Both the position numbers and the translations under genes were made by a program. The notes under the pieces are model-generated. The model was not told the origin of the DNA, did not search any database, and saw nothing but the letters and a program-made list of their open reading frames with translations. A stretch of DNA of 51,798 bases, counting the filler, from Catajapyx aquilonaris (taxonomy: Eukaryota): assembly GCA_000934665.2 (NCBI GenBank). It is 2 parts of 2 records of this genome, joined end to end, with 100 filler letters (N's around TTAATTAATTAA, not from the genome) between each part and the next. Parts side by side here need not be neighbours in the genome. Positions count along the whole stretch, not along the records: positions 25,918 to 51,798 come from JYFJ02005296.1; 1 more part is not named here. One strand, written 5' to 3'. Of this stretch, positions 37,642-47,724 are shown piece by piece; the first letter of the stretch is position 1, and each line of letters opens with the position of its first letter.

Positions 37642-37924
37642 AATAATTCATACCCCGTTATCAGCCTATCGGCTCTTTAGGGGGGAAGTTTTTTGTTTTG
37701 CCTGGAACTCTTTGCTTTCATTTTACTGCGCTTTTTGGGATAGGATAGGGACGGAAGGAAGCGGCTGTGGCCTATTAATTACGGAAACAACTCCGGAATT
37801 TTCCTGGAAGGACCGTGGGAAACCACAGAAAACCACGGTCAGAGTTGCCGACCCCGGGATTCGAACCCAGGACCTCCCGATTAGCAGTCGGACGCCTTAT
37901 CCACTATGCCAACCTGCTTCGGTA
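37642..37924 (-). mobile_element. tRNA-derived SINE family 2
   Basis: Head TGGCATAGTGGATAAGGCGTCCGACTGCTAATCGGGAGGTCCTGGGTTCGAATCCC, a body different from family 1, family-1-like 3' end, TSD GAATTTATAGAATT (37628, 37925). Confidence 0.85.
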
Positions 37925-38022
37925 GAATTTATAGAATTGTGTTGCAGTAACCATACCCTGTATTACTGAATATGGGGTAATTATAGTTGTACTATACTAT
38001 GTTGATGATGATTTCTCCTCTA

Positions 38023-38215
38023 GGATCACGGTGGTTAGAGACACAGCCTTCCACATTCGAAGACCCGAGTTCGATCGCTGAGTCGGACGGAGGAATTTCT
38101 CATATGGGAATAGTTTCAATGGGTTCTCTCCGTATACGCCTAACCTTTTTGGAAATTCTCCCGTTTCCTCCTGAAATTAAAATCCATCAACAGCACAACA
38201 ATGGAATAAAGTCGG
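38023..38215 (+). mobile_element. Degenerate tRNA-headed SINE remnant
   Basis: GGTGGTTAGAG...CCCGAGTTCGATC A/B-box-like head followed by GGGTTCTCTCCG...CCGTTTCCTCC. Single copy, no TSD seen. Confidence 0.35.
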
Positions 38216-38238
38216 GTCCAGTGAAATATTCCCTATAA

Positions 38239-38377
38239 GTTCCAGTTGCACCGCCCGCACCCCCAGGAAACTTTTCCAGCTGAAAAAAGAGCCAGAAAAG
38301 TTAAGTTATAATTGACAACTCACTTTCCTGGCTCTTTTCCAGTCGGAAAATATTCCTGGAGGAAGTGCAACTGGACC
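38239..38377. mobile_element. PIF/Harbinger (Tourist-like) MITE, 139 bp
   Basis: TIR G(T/G)TCCAGTTGCAC / GTGCAACTGGACC, TAA TSDs, near-complete fold-back. Confidence 0.8.
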
Positions 38378-39512
38378 TAAGAGGCCCCAGACCTATATCA
38401 CAGGATGTAGTACCGTATTTATTTTTTGTTTATTTATTTATTTTCGCCGTCCATAATATGATAATATAGCCTATACTTGGTTGCAGAAGGCATTGAATTC
38501 TGACTTGTAAGGCAAATTCCCGCTCTGATATAGGCGCTGATACATGATGTGTAACCACGACCACGTAAGAATATGAAAGCTTGGCACATGGCAACCGTGT
38601 AACTTCTGAAAAGCCTTTGGTATCGTAAGCAGCGTAGTCTGATTTCTGAATGTGATCATTTGGGGTGAATTCCACTTTAGTTCTGTATACGGGAAGAGGA
38701 ACGAATGATATTAATTTTTAAAAGCTGAAGATATGAAATTCCCTATTCTAAGATATATTCCAGAACTGTTATTGTAATTGCGAGACCTTAGAAACAAACG
38801 TAGTATTTCCTACAAGCGTCAGCGAGAAAATAGTTTGGACCAGATATGGCAATATTTTTATTCGACAGGACCATGTCCCATCCAATTTCGTCTGCACATC
38901 AAGTTTTTATTTTCAACAAGATCCGAGTACCGAGTCACATTTTGGTTGAACCTGAGTTAAGTATTCTTTCTTTGAGACAGCAATTGACACGTATTTGGTC
39001 ACAGTCGAGTAGGTTTTATGCCAAATAAATTACATTCTCGTAACTAATAAAGGACTCCCACACACTCAAGGGATAATGTAATCTACTGTAGAACTATTTC
39101 AAACTGTAACATCTAGAAATCATTCCAATGTGACTCTCTCTGAGAGTTCTAAAATTCTGATCATCATAAATTATGTGTAGTATTGACATAACGCCAACAT
39201 ACTTTTTCGGCATGCTCAGATTGGTCAAACTCCTGACCTGCTCTCTCTTCACTTCCGTGAAATTGCTGAACTTAGCTCCAGAAACATTAGGCTGTGAATG
39301 ACAACAATGACCAACTGTCATGTCAGCCAGCAATTATTGCCAGTACGGTCTACACCACAATATTACGACTAAATGGCATAAAATTACGATTAAAGATAAA
39401 AAAGTACGGTATTTCTGCAGCCAAGATGAATATGGAACACCTCCCGCGTCAGAAAAATTAATTCGTGGTTTAATTAACACCAACACAAGAAAAATTAGGA
39501 TAGACTACTTAC

Positions 39513-40438
39513 CAGCCTGGACTGACAATGTCCGCCTTCCATGAGGCAGACGTGGGTGTCCTCGTGTCCCGATTTGTGTCCTTTGCATTTGGCACTCGCC
39601 TGGTGGCACCCAACACGTGTTGAATCTCCCTGATGTTAATGTAAGTGTTGGTGGGCCTCTCCCGTTGCTCACTTTTGGTCCAGGTCACTTGGCTATGAGG
39701 GGTCCACGGTAAGCAAATCCCGCCTTCGCTGGCCTTCAGGAGACCACTGGTGCAGTTGCATAATCTGCAGGTAGTAAGGAGCACCAAAAGCAAGGCACCT
39801 ACAAGGGTGCCAACACCTGCCACACAAGCAGTGTCCATCTTGAATTGCAGCGGTTGTGGACTGTAGTAACACCACAAGAGTATCTTAGCTACGTTTTCTA
39901 AAGTGGTCAGAACGTGGAAAGTCACCACGCCGAACAGGTCCCGTTTGCTTTTGATGCAATGCAAATGGAGGTAGAACATGAGCACATAGGCAGAGAAACA
40001 GCAGTGTAGAAGCGATGTCTGCTCCGTGGTTTGCCGTCCAGTCTTGTCGTTTCTTCTGCCCGAACTTGGCTGTACATTGTCTGAGCAACCTAGAGTCCTC
40101 AGCCACAAAAAGGACACCAGGCAATGGCACAGGGCTACCAGGACGAGCCAGAAGTGGAAGACTATTGCGAACGCTGCGCAGGCCACCAGCCGACTCCAGA
40201 GAAAGCAGGACACTTGCACACAGGTCAGACACTTTTTCAAAACCGACACTGACACACACTTGTCCTCGACTTGTCCATTGGCCTGAGGCGCTGATTCCGC
40301 ACTGATTGGTAAGGAGATGCTCGCCGCTGCGAAGACCAACTGAAGACCAATGGCTCCTAGGGCCCGTATGTCCAAAGCTTGGCTCCACAACACTATGCCG
40401 ACTTGCAGCGTGGTCAGAGGTAAGGTCTGGATATGCAC
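39513..40438 (-). CDS. XKR: XK-related protein, main multi-transmembrane exon
   Basis: HIQTLPLTTLQV, WSRLVACAAFA..H.LVSFLWL, AYVLMF and FHVLTTLENVAKILLW recall XK-family motifs (ES.PQL.LQ, SR..AL..FA, EN....LW). TTTTCAG| acceptor, CTG|GTAAGT donor. Confidence 0.85.
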
Positions 40439-40495
40439 CTGAAAATTAACTGACAGTTAAACTTTGAAATCACTCCACACTTTGCAGCTAATCAC

Positions 40496-40843
40496 CTGAG
40501 CCAATCGAAGCAGGCGAAACTCAGCGACGTCCGCAGCATCGAAAGCCAGCCGCAGTTTGAGGTACCTCCAGACATGCGCCAGAAGTGCAGCGTGCATCAG
40601 GTAGCAAACCACTTTGCCGCATCGTCGTCCTGCAAAGTCCAGTCCTCGACACACCCAAACCAGGCTGAGACCATTGAAGGCCAGTAGGGACGCCAGCAAA
40701 AGGACAGAATGAGCCACCTGCAGGCTACTCCGTCCTCGAAGATAGTAACAAAAATACAGCTGGGCTCCCAATTCCACCACTTGGAGGACGAAATGGGACG
40801 TCAAAGAGCGTCGCAGCGACGTCGATTTCATCTCTTCCGACAT
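40496..40843 (-). CDS. XKR: XK-related protein, exon with N-terminal TM helices
   Basis: ...FNGLSLVW...MHAALLAHVWRY...AEFRLLRLAQ matches the XK-family pattern SL.W..H.L.LG..WRY..LLRL. 348 nt, 57-nt GT-AG intron to the next exon. Confidence 0.85.
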
Positions 40844-40902
40844 CTGCAGGTAACACCAAATTACACCCCATCTTATGTACCCCCAAAAAAACCAGTACGC
40901 AC

Positions 40903-40923
40903 CTTATCGTCAGGTAAAGTCAT
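40903..40923 (-). CDS. XKR: XK-related protein, probable first coding segment (MTLPDDK)
   Basis: ATG preceded by an in-frame TAG. AAG|GTGCGT donor and a 59-nt intron ending CCTGCAG|ATG, similar in size to the next intron. Confidence 0.5.
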
Positions 40924-42057
40924 CCCTGAGGCAAGCTACCCAATTTCATCACCCCTCATCAGTGGACCTTCTCTTCTACCCAGCACCAAAAGGTCGGGAA
41001 GGCCAGCAGGGTCGTCGGACATATCCAGAGCGACTCAGCGCAGGACCATGCTTCACCCCGGTTGGGGCAGGGGTCCAATAACAGTGGGTCGCCGGTGACG
41101 GGCCAACGACGGGCTGACAGCATCCGCCCCTGCAACTATACAGGTTGATGCCAGAGATATTTATGGGGGTAAGGGACATTGAGAAAGATTCTGCGCTGGC
41201 GTCCCGCCGTTCGCCGGTCGTTTGTCTCGTGCAGAGAAAGTCTCGGGACCTGGCCGCGCCAGATATGACGGCATCCATTATAATTTAGTCGTGTCGCGGC
41301 ATATATTTATGCCCCCGCTTACACCTCGAAGCTCCACGGGGGGCAGACGGCCACCCTGGCTCCAAAGGGGCTTTTGGAATTTTTGCCTTTTTTCATGATT
41401 CGGCGGCAAAAACTCGGCGCGAGGTCACTTGTACTAGCGGGGTCGTCAGGTTCAGGGTGCGTGGTTGCTCTCAGTTATGTCATATTTTGGCTGTTGCGCT
41501 TGGTAATTGCGACTTCATACTGGGACGAAATTCAGGACCTGTTTCTCGGGAAAAACTTCGCGAATGTTTGGCAAACTGGAGAGTAAAATACAAAAATTAA
41601 ATTGTAAATGTTGCAATTAAATCAGTGTATCCGCAGCCCCCTTTACTTATGGTACGAAAACAATGGATTCAGTTGACAGTTGATCCTAAAGATTTTCTCG
41701 TAATTTATCTCGCTGTAAACGGATGTGTACGGATGGGCGCTAAGAAACAGTAACGTTTATACTTTGTGTTTCATAATTTCCCTCCGTATATATCGGCGAA
41801 AATGTCTTTTCAGAAAAGAAGTGCAATGTGTTCAAAATCACTGTGACTAAACAATATGATATTTTCTAACTAAATTGTTAGTGTAATATTTTAGTCAGAC
41901 TTTATGGCTCAGACACACTTTTTCTTCTGACGGTCATAAGGGCCTGGGCCAAGAACATGCGCCGAGTCCGATTCCTCCAAGATAGATGACGAAGAAAACT
42001 ACTCCCTGGATGGCTTGATGTCCACTTTGCTCAGCTGGTACTATAATCATTATGAGA

Positions 42058-42086
42058 CCAATCAGGAGCACGTGAGCCGCCATGTT
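42058..42086. promoter_or_regulatory. Candidate promoter module: CCAAT box + CACGTG E-box + YY1 site
   Basis: CCAATCAGGAGCACGTGAGCCGCCATGTT, ~1.1 kb upstream of the XKR start. Confidence 0.4.
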
Positions 42087-45000
42087 GGTGCGATTGAGCC
42101 GATGACAAGCGAACGAAACATGAATCTTTTATGACCCCTCTGGAGAGAGGGGTTTACTTTTTTAGAAACGGACTTGTAGTAAAGCCTGCCCACATCACGC
42201 CAATATCTTTAAGTCCTAACCTCCCCTATACTCACCCCCCTCCCCCTATCTTCCTTTGCTGGTTTTATGGCTGCCCAATTCTCACTAGACTCGCTTATTA
42301 CGTGCAAATGCAATTAAGGGTTTACAACAGGCGCAGAAGATTTTTTTTTAAAGTGCCAAGTTGCTTTCTTGGTGGAACGTGGGTAGGACAATAACTAGGC
42401 GGGCATGAGAGTTGGGGGTGGGTTACACTCCACTATGTGAGAGCCTTGTCATTGGCACGCTGATCGTAAATTAAAGGTGGGCCGGAGGATGACCAGAGTT
42501 GTTGAAAGGGGCATCATGGCCGGTTTGGCTACAAAATTGCCTTGTGTCCTATACCCAATTCCGTATTTTTTAAATCTTAAAGATTTTGGATAGGGAGATA
42601 GAGCACATATGGAAAGTTGAACATGTAGGCCAGTGCTAGGGGGCTGGTTTGAGAAACGGGCCCAACCAGCAACCTTGTCCAAAAAGGTTGCTTAGGACCC
42701 TTTTTCCGCCATCTGCCATGCGGGGCACGCAGGAATTTCCACATGAAAATGCTTGGCATAGTTGGGCTTTGGGCTAATGGCCGTCTCTGCCCGTAATTTA
42801 CTCCCTGGTAGTCATTTCAGTGGGGAGGAGGAGGATCCTAGGGGCTCCCATCTCTTGGGACAGTCCTTTTGTTTCCATCTGCTTCCAGAGTTCCTTTGTT
42901 GGTCAACTTTGTATTACATGCACTAGCCTGGGGCAACAGGTTCCGTCCTTACTCATGTATCGGTGTAACATCTGACCAAGAATCGAACCTGGGCTAGGAA
43001 GCAAGGACATTTTTTTTCTGCTTAAGTACTGTCGTTTGTCCATAGTACACTGCTGTGGACTTGTGGAATGACGGTTTATTCGTCTGCTGTCAGTGTCGCG
43101 AGCCGAGGGCCAAAACCCTGCAGCGTGACGGATGGTATGAGAAACGGAACAAACGAGCCGCCTTACTTGGACGAAACGCATCTAATATTTTACTTCCAGT
43201 CAGAATTAATTATGCTGTCCGTTGCAAAGAGGCGGGGCTATTTTTTCTCACCTGAAAAATCCACGTGGACGTTCCAAAAAATATATATATTTGGATCCCC
43301 AAAAAGTGCCAATTGCATCCGTGAATTTGTCTCATTCCATGGTTAAAGTCTCCGCCATTGCAACACTGCCAGTCTTATTTATGACAGTGTTCATGGTGGT
43401 TCGTACATTTTATTTGCTACTCAACTGGTTTATTTGATGACCCTATCCCTAGACTTTTTATACATTCTGAGGACTACCTTTTGAAATAATCCTGTGGTCA
43501 TTGTTAATTAGAATCCATTAGCCACAACGGATTGGTTTCCCATTTGCGGACACGGAACATAATATTGACCACCTGATTGACCTTCTAAGCTCTGGTATTA
43601 CAGTTCCCCTCCAATTTATTCATGGACCTCTACGTCAGGATGGTGGTACCCTTATCTTTGACTCCTCCATATATTTTTTTGTCCCATCCTTGGCAACCCC
43701 AAACAATTGAGTGTTACCAGGTTGAGTGGCATGTCCGAGTACGTCGTGCGGATCTACTCTTATGGTGGGGACCTACTTTCATCCCGAGTCACGCTTCCAA
43801 TCCGCATCTGTCACTTGGTCCACAAAAGACCGGTGCGGGATATAAATACCAGAGTTGGAGGGTGTTCTCTTCCTTTTTTTTAAGGGGGGGATGGGGGGTA
43901 TGGGGGGGCACGTGGCTGAAAAGGAACCAACCCCTGAAGGAATTCAAAAGGGGCTCCCATTGCCAAGATTGGCACCTTCAATAGGAGGTTGGGGGTGGTA
44001 AGGTGGAGGGTTTGAAGAAATTGCTGAGCTGTCCTGACGCAGGAGGAGCTGCCAGTACAGATTTTAAAATGAGGCTGGGATGTGACTTCTTTACAGTCAG
44101 AGAGGGATTTCCAGATGGGAGGGGGGTCATGGCTCTGTGACCTTGTTCGGCCTTATGAACATATCAGGGTTGAGTTTCATATGTTCAAAATGGCGACTGT
44201 TGGATTCTTGGAACATGCTGGTGGTGTCCATCTATGACAGTACAGTCGGGAACAAAATAATGAAGAATTCTGCTCCAATGCTCACAACTGCTTGGTTATA
44301 GGCTAAGGCTGTTTTAAATTTTTGTGGGGTGCATCCCAATGAGGATATTTTTGTAAGCATTGTCGCCAAGGGGTATTTGTTTCGTGCTTTTCATATAATA
44401 AAAACGAAGCACAAAGCGTTTAATGCCTTAATTTTTTATATATATAAAATTCTTTATGTAGGTGCGTGAAGGAGTGCCTCAGGAGTTAAGGATGGGGGGT
44501 GGAAAGCAGTGGTGAAAATAGTGAGACCTCGCCTACTTTGAGTTCGATCTCAAAACCAGTAGTCCTAATAAGTGGTTGGAAATAAGTTTTGGGGGTACTT
44601 CTGCCGCGTGCCAGGGGCGCTCCTCCCAGTTCCCACCCTTAAGAAAGGGCAAAAATTGCCTCTCCTTTTTTTGTGGGACCTTTTAAACCCTTCTAAAGGA
44701 ATTCTATTGTTATTAATTCAGCTTATTACTGAACTAGCCTGTGCCACTTTTGTATGCAATTCACAAATATGTTACAAGTGGTATGTTGCCAAAAGCAGAA
44801 CAGTAAAAGGTTATTATTGCCACTATTTTTAAATAGCAGTTGATTAAGTTTGGGTGTAGCATTAACTCACCTCTGGGGATCATTTGGAAGTGTCATTTAA
44901 AATAATCTCTGAAGAGTAAGTACAGTATATGGTGTTTCATGTTCACTCTACTTGCTCATTTTGTTCACATCATATTACTTTGACCTACTCATGCACACAC

Positions 45001-46523
45001 TCGATCACGTATGCAAATAAAACCGATAATGTAACGGGATGTGTTTAATTTTTACCGTGTCTAGCTGACATTTTATAACAGTTATAAACGATGGGATTGA
45101 CCACTTACATACTTTGTCGTGTAATCATACATAAATACGACTGAATCTATATTCGTCTTTATAGAAAATTATTTTGTGTAGTCCCAAGTATATGTATTAT
45201 TGGGTGTAGGCCTACACCAAATAGAAAAGGTAATTCATATGTCGTGTACATTGTTGGATTCATTGCAAGCCTGCCCATACAAGTGATTTCGTTTCTGAAT
45301 ATCTTACACCTAGACTGACCCGGTCGGTCGGTGTTAATATATTGTCAACAATCTGTTCAACCAAAGCCCAGCTTCGAAAATAATTCCGATGAGAACCAGC
45401 GAGGCAACACGATTTAAAAAAAACATCAGCATTTGACTCCAAATAAAATTCCTGTTAGTTGTGGACTAGATTCACGTTAATTACAGGCGTGGTAAGCTTC
45501 CGTGGCTGGAAATGATGAGTGTAGAAGGGGGCTGAAGAAGTGGATCTGGAAAACAACCAGTAGCTAGGTGCTTTTCTCGTGATGGTCCTCCGCCCTGTAG
45601 CGACGGGCCACAAAACAAACCGGTGATTATCCGGTGGAAAAGGGGGAAGGGCAATGGTAGAAAAGAGAGCAAAAAAAAAATAAAGGCAGTGTTAAAAAAG
45701 AAGAAACAGCAGAATCACGCATCCATTCGTTCATTTAGCTCCAGTTGGGCAAATCAAGTTTATGCCCACAATATATTTTGATATGGGACAGTAGAAAGAG
45801 GCAAAAAGAGTGAACCGTTTAACCAGGAAATAAATCTTCTAGTGAAGAATGGGGTCTAGCTGTTGCATAAAACTTCCCTCCGAACTCTCCAAATAACGAG
45901 TCCTATATATTGTGGGCTTTAACGAGTTCAATTTCCCATCATTCGAAGGGAAACGTGATCTACAGTACAATGCAGGTTTGGTCAGGGACGAAGAGAAACG
46001 ACGGTGAAGTTGAAATAACTAGGCGATGCAAGGTGATGGATATGTTCAGACTGGTTGGGCTGACGTCAGACAATGCCAATTTAGGTGGTGAAGGATGTGT
46101 GTTTTGCCACATTGCTTCCACGTAGATAATTGCATGATGTAGTAGTGTAGACTGACGTTGCAGATTCGAATGCAAGACACTAATCGTGTGGAAAATGGTG
46201 ACAGGACTTGCTTATTATGCGTGTTGTTTTGTGAATAATAATATAGTGCAACTTGGGAATTAATGTGGTAAATGGTGTTGAATCGAGTTGAGATGTTTTA
46301 CAAATGTTGGTTGTTTAACTTGGAAGTTACCGAGTACTTAGTCAACTTTGCCTTTTTTTTGTGGGTTGGCCCACCTAGAAGGACGATGCTGGTGGTTTTT
46401 GTAGTTGATTCGATTCTAATGGTGTTTATTCCAGCATTGAAGTCACCTGATTCTGGAGACGGAGTGTTTCAAATTGCAATGAGCGCGCAATTATGCAAAT
46501 ATAACTTAGAAATTCCCACAATA

Positions 46524-46976
46524 CAGGGTGTTCCAAGTTCGTGGAGCCTTTTAGTCAGAGGTGGGCACAGCTAACTTTCGATAACAGCTAACTTGCTCAG
46601 AAAAACCATGGACATCACCAAATCGTTAATTCTTAACAGCTAGAAAGGTTAGTGGAGACCCCCCTAATCATTCTAGCTGTTTATCAGTAGCAATTTAGCG
46701 CCGCCCATGGTTTACTAACCGAATTAGCTGTTAGCGGAAGTTAGCTGAGCTAAAATTTCGGTTAGCTTGCCCAGCTCTGCTTTTAGTTATACCAAGAAGC
46801 TGTTTTTTTGTAGCTTGTTGTGCCCCAATACAAGTGCCATATTCTATTGAAACTGCTATATTTGATCATCTGCGCAATGAGACAGCTGGATTAGGGCACA
46901 ACAAGCTACAAAAAATAACTACTTCGGGGCAACATGAATGATAACTAAAAACGACACACGAACTTGGAACACCCTG
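46524..46976. mobile_element. Tc1/mariner-type MITE carrying a nested insertion
   Basis: 20-bp TIR CAGGGTGTTCCAAGTTCGTG, TA TSDs, inner arms TTTTTGTAGCTTGTTGTGCCC / GGGCACAACAAGCTACAAAAA. Confidence 0.9.
46556..46779. mobile_element. hAT-type MITE nested in the mariner MITE
   Basis: TIR CAGAG(G/C)TGGGCA, perfect 8-bp TSD CTTTTAGT (46548, 46780), many GCTAAC/GTTAGC subterminal repeats. Confidence 0.9.
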
Positions 46977-47628
46977 TAGCCTATACAGATGAGAATGCAG
47001 AACGTTATAATGGAGCCGGAAGTAAACGAAACAAGGATTGCACAATGTCAAAGTCACTGACATTTTGTATCACGCGAACAACTTTTTTTCGGTTTTTTGG
47101 GGAAATGGGGGTGGGCCGGTGGGGGTTAGTATGTAGTCAGTTGCTTCAAACAGTACTTCAGTCATGGAACGTAACATGACGTAACAGAGACGTTCACCAC
47201 TCCGAATGGACGAAATTGCTTTTCATAGTGCGTGTAAACAAACGGGAACTAACTAAGACACGAGTGGGTTCGAGTTGGGACATGGTTTTGTAATACCGGC
47301 CTGTCGTCATTATTATTATTTACAGTGTATCTACTCCCATCTTCCTGCTTTTTTTTCTGCAGAGTCCTCAAAGAGCTGGTGGTCCCAGTGTCTGCAACAC
47401 GTGCACATATTATTTTTTATATTGAATCTGCACGCGATATTCTAACAACACCTCTTGTAATGCCCTACTTCTTAAGGCTACTTAGACACGACATTCTCTG
47501 CCAAGTATCACAATATTCCTTGAAATTCCTGAACCAAGTTCAATCATGACTCTCGGATTAGCCACCCAAATTTCTTGCTGCCATATACAATATCCACCAC
47601 GCCTCTGGATAAATTTACATACAGTAAA

Positions 47629-47724
47629 ATGGCCACTTTGGTCCCGATGGAGCTACTTTGGTCCCGATGGGGCTACTTTGGTCCCGATGGGGCTACTTTG
47701 GTCCCGATGGGGCTACTTTGGTCC
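47629..47724. repeat. 20-bp minisatellite (~4.7 copies)
   Basis: Unit ATGGGGCTACTTTGGTCCCG, directly abutting with no spacers. Confidence 0.95.

Noticed and set aside
37846..37922. Functional tRNA-Ser(GCT) gene
   Set aside because: No long variable arm or matching acceptor stem. It runs into a SINE body with tail and TSDs.
2400..40923. GAS2L and XKR as a linked apoptosis module (both families include caspase substrates)
   Set aside because: The two genes are separated by an artificial spacer, so physical linkage is not shown.
40942..40968. Hammerhead ribozyme core (CTGATGA...GAAA on the minus strand)
   Set aside because: The intervening GGGGTGAT cannot form stem II, and no flanking stems I/III were found.
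47629..47724. 20-bp repeat as a CRISPR-like array
   Set aside because: Units abut with no unique spacers, the context is eukaryotic and there are no cas genes. Ordinary minisatellite.
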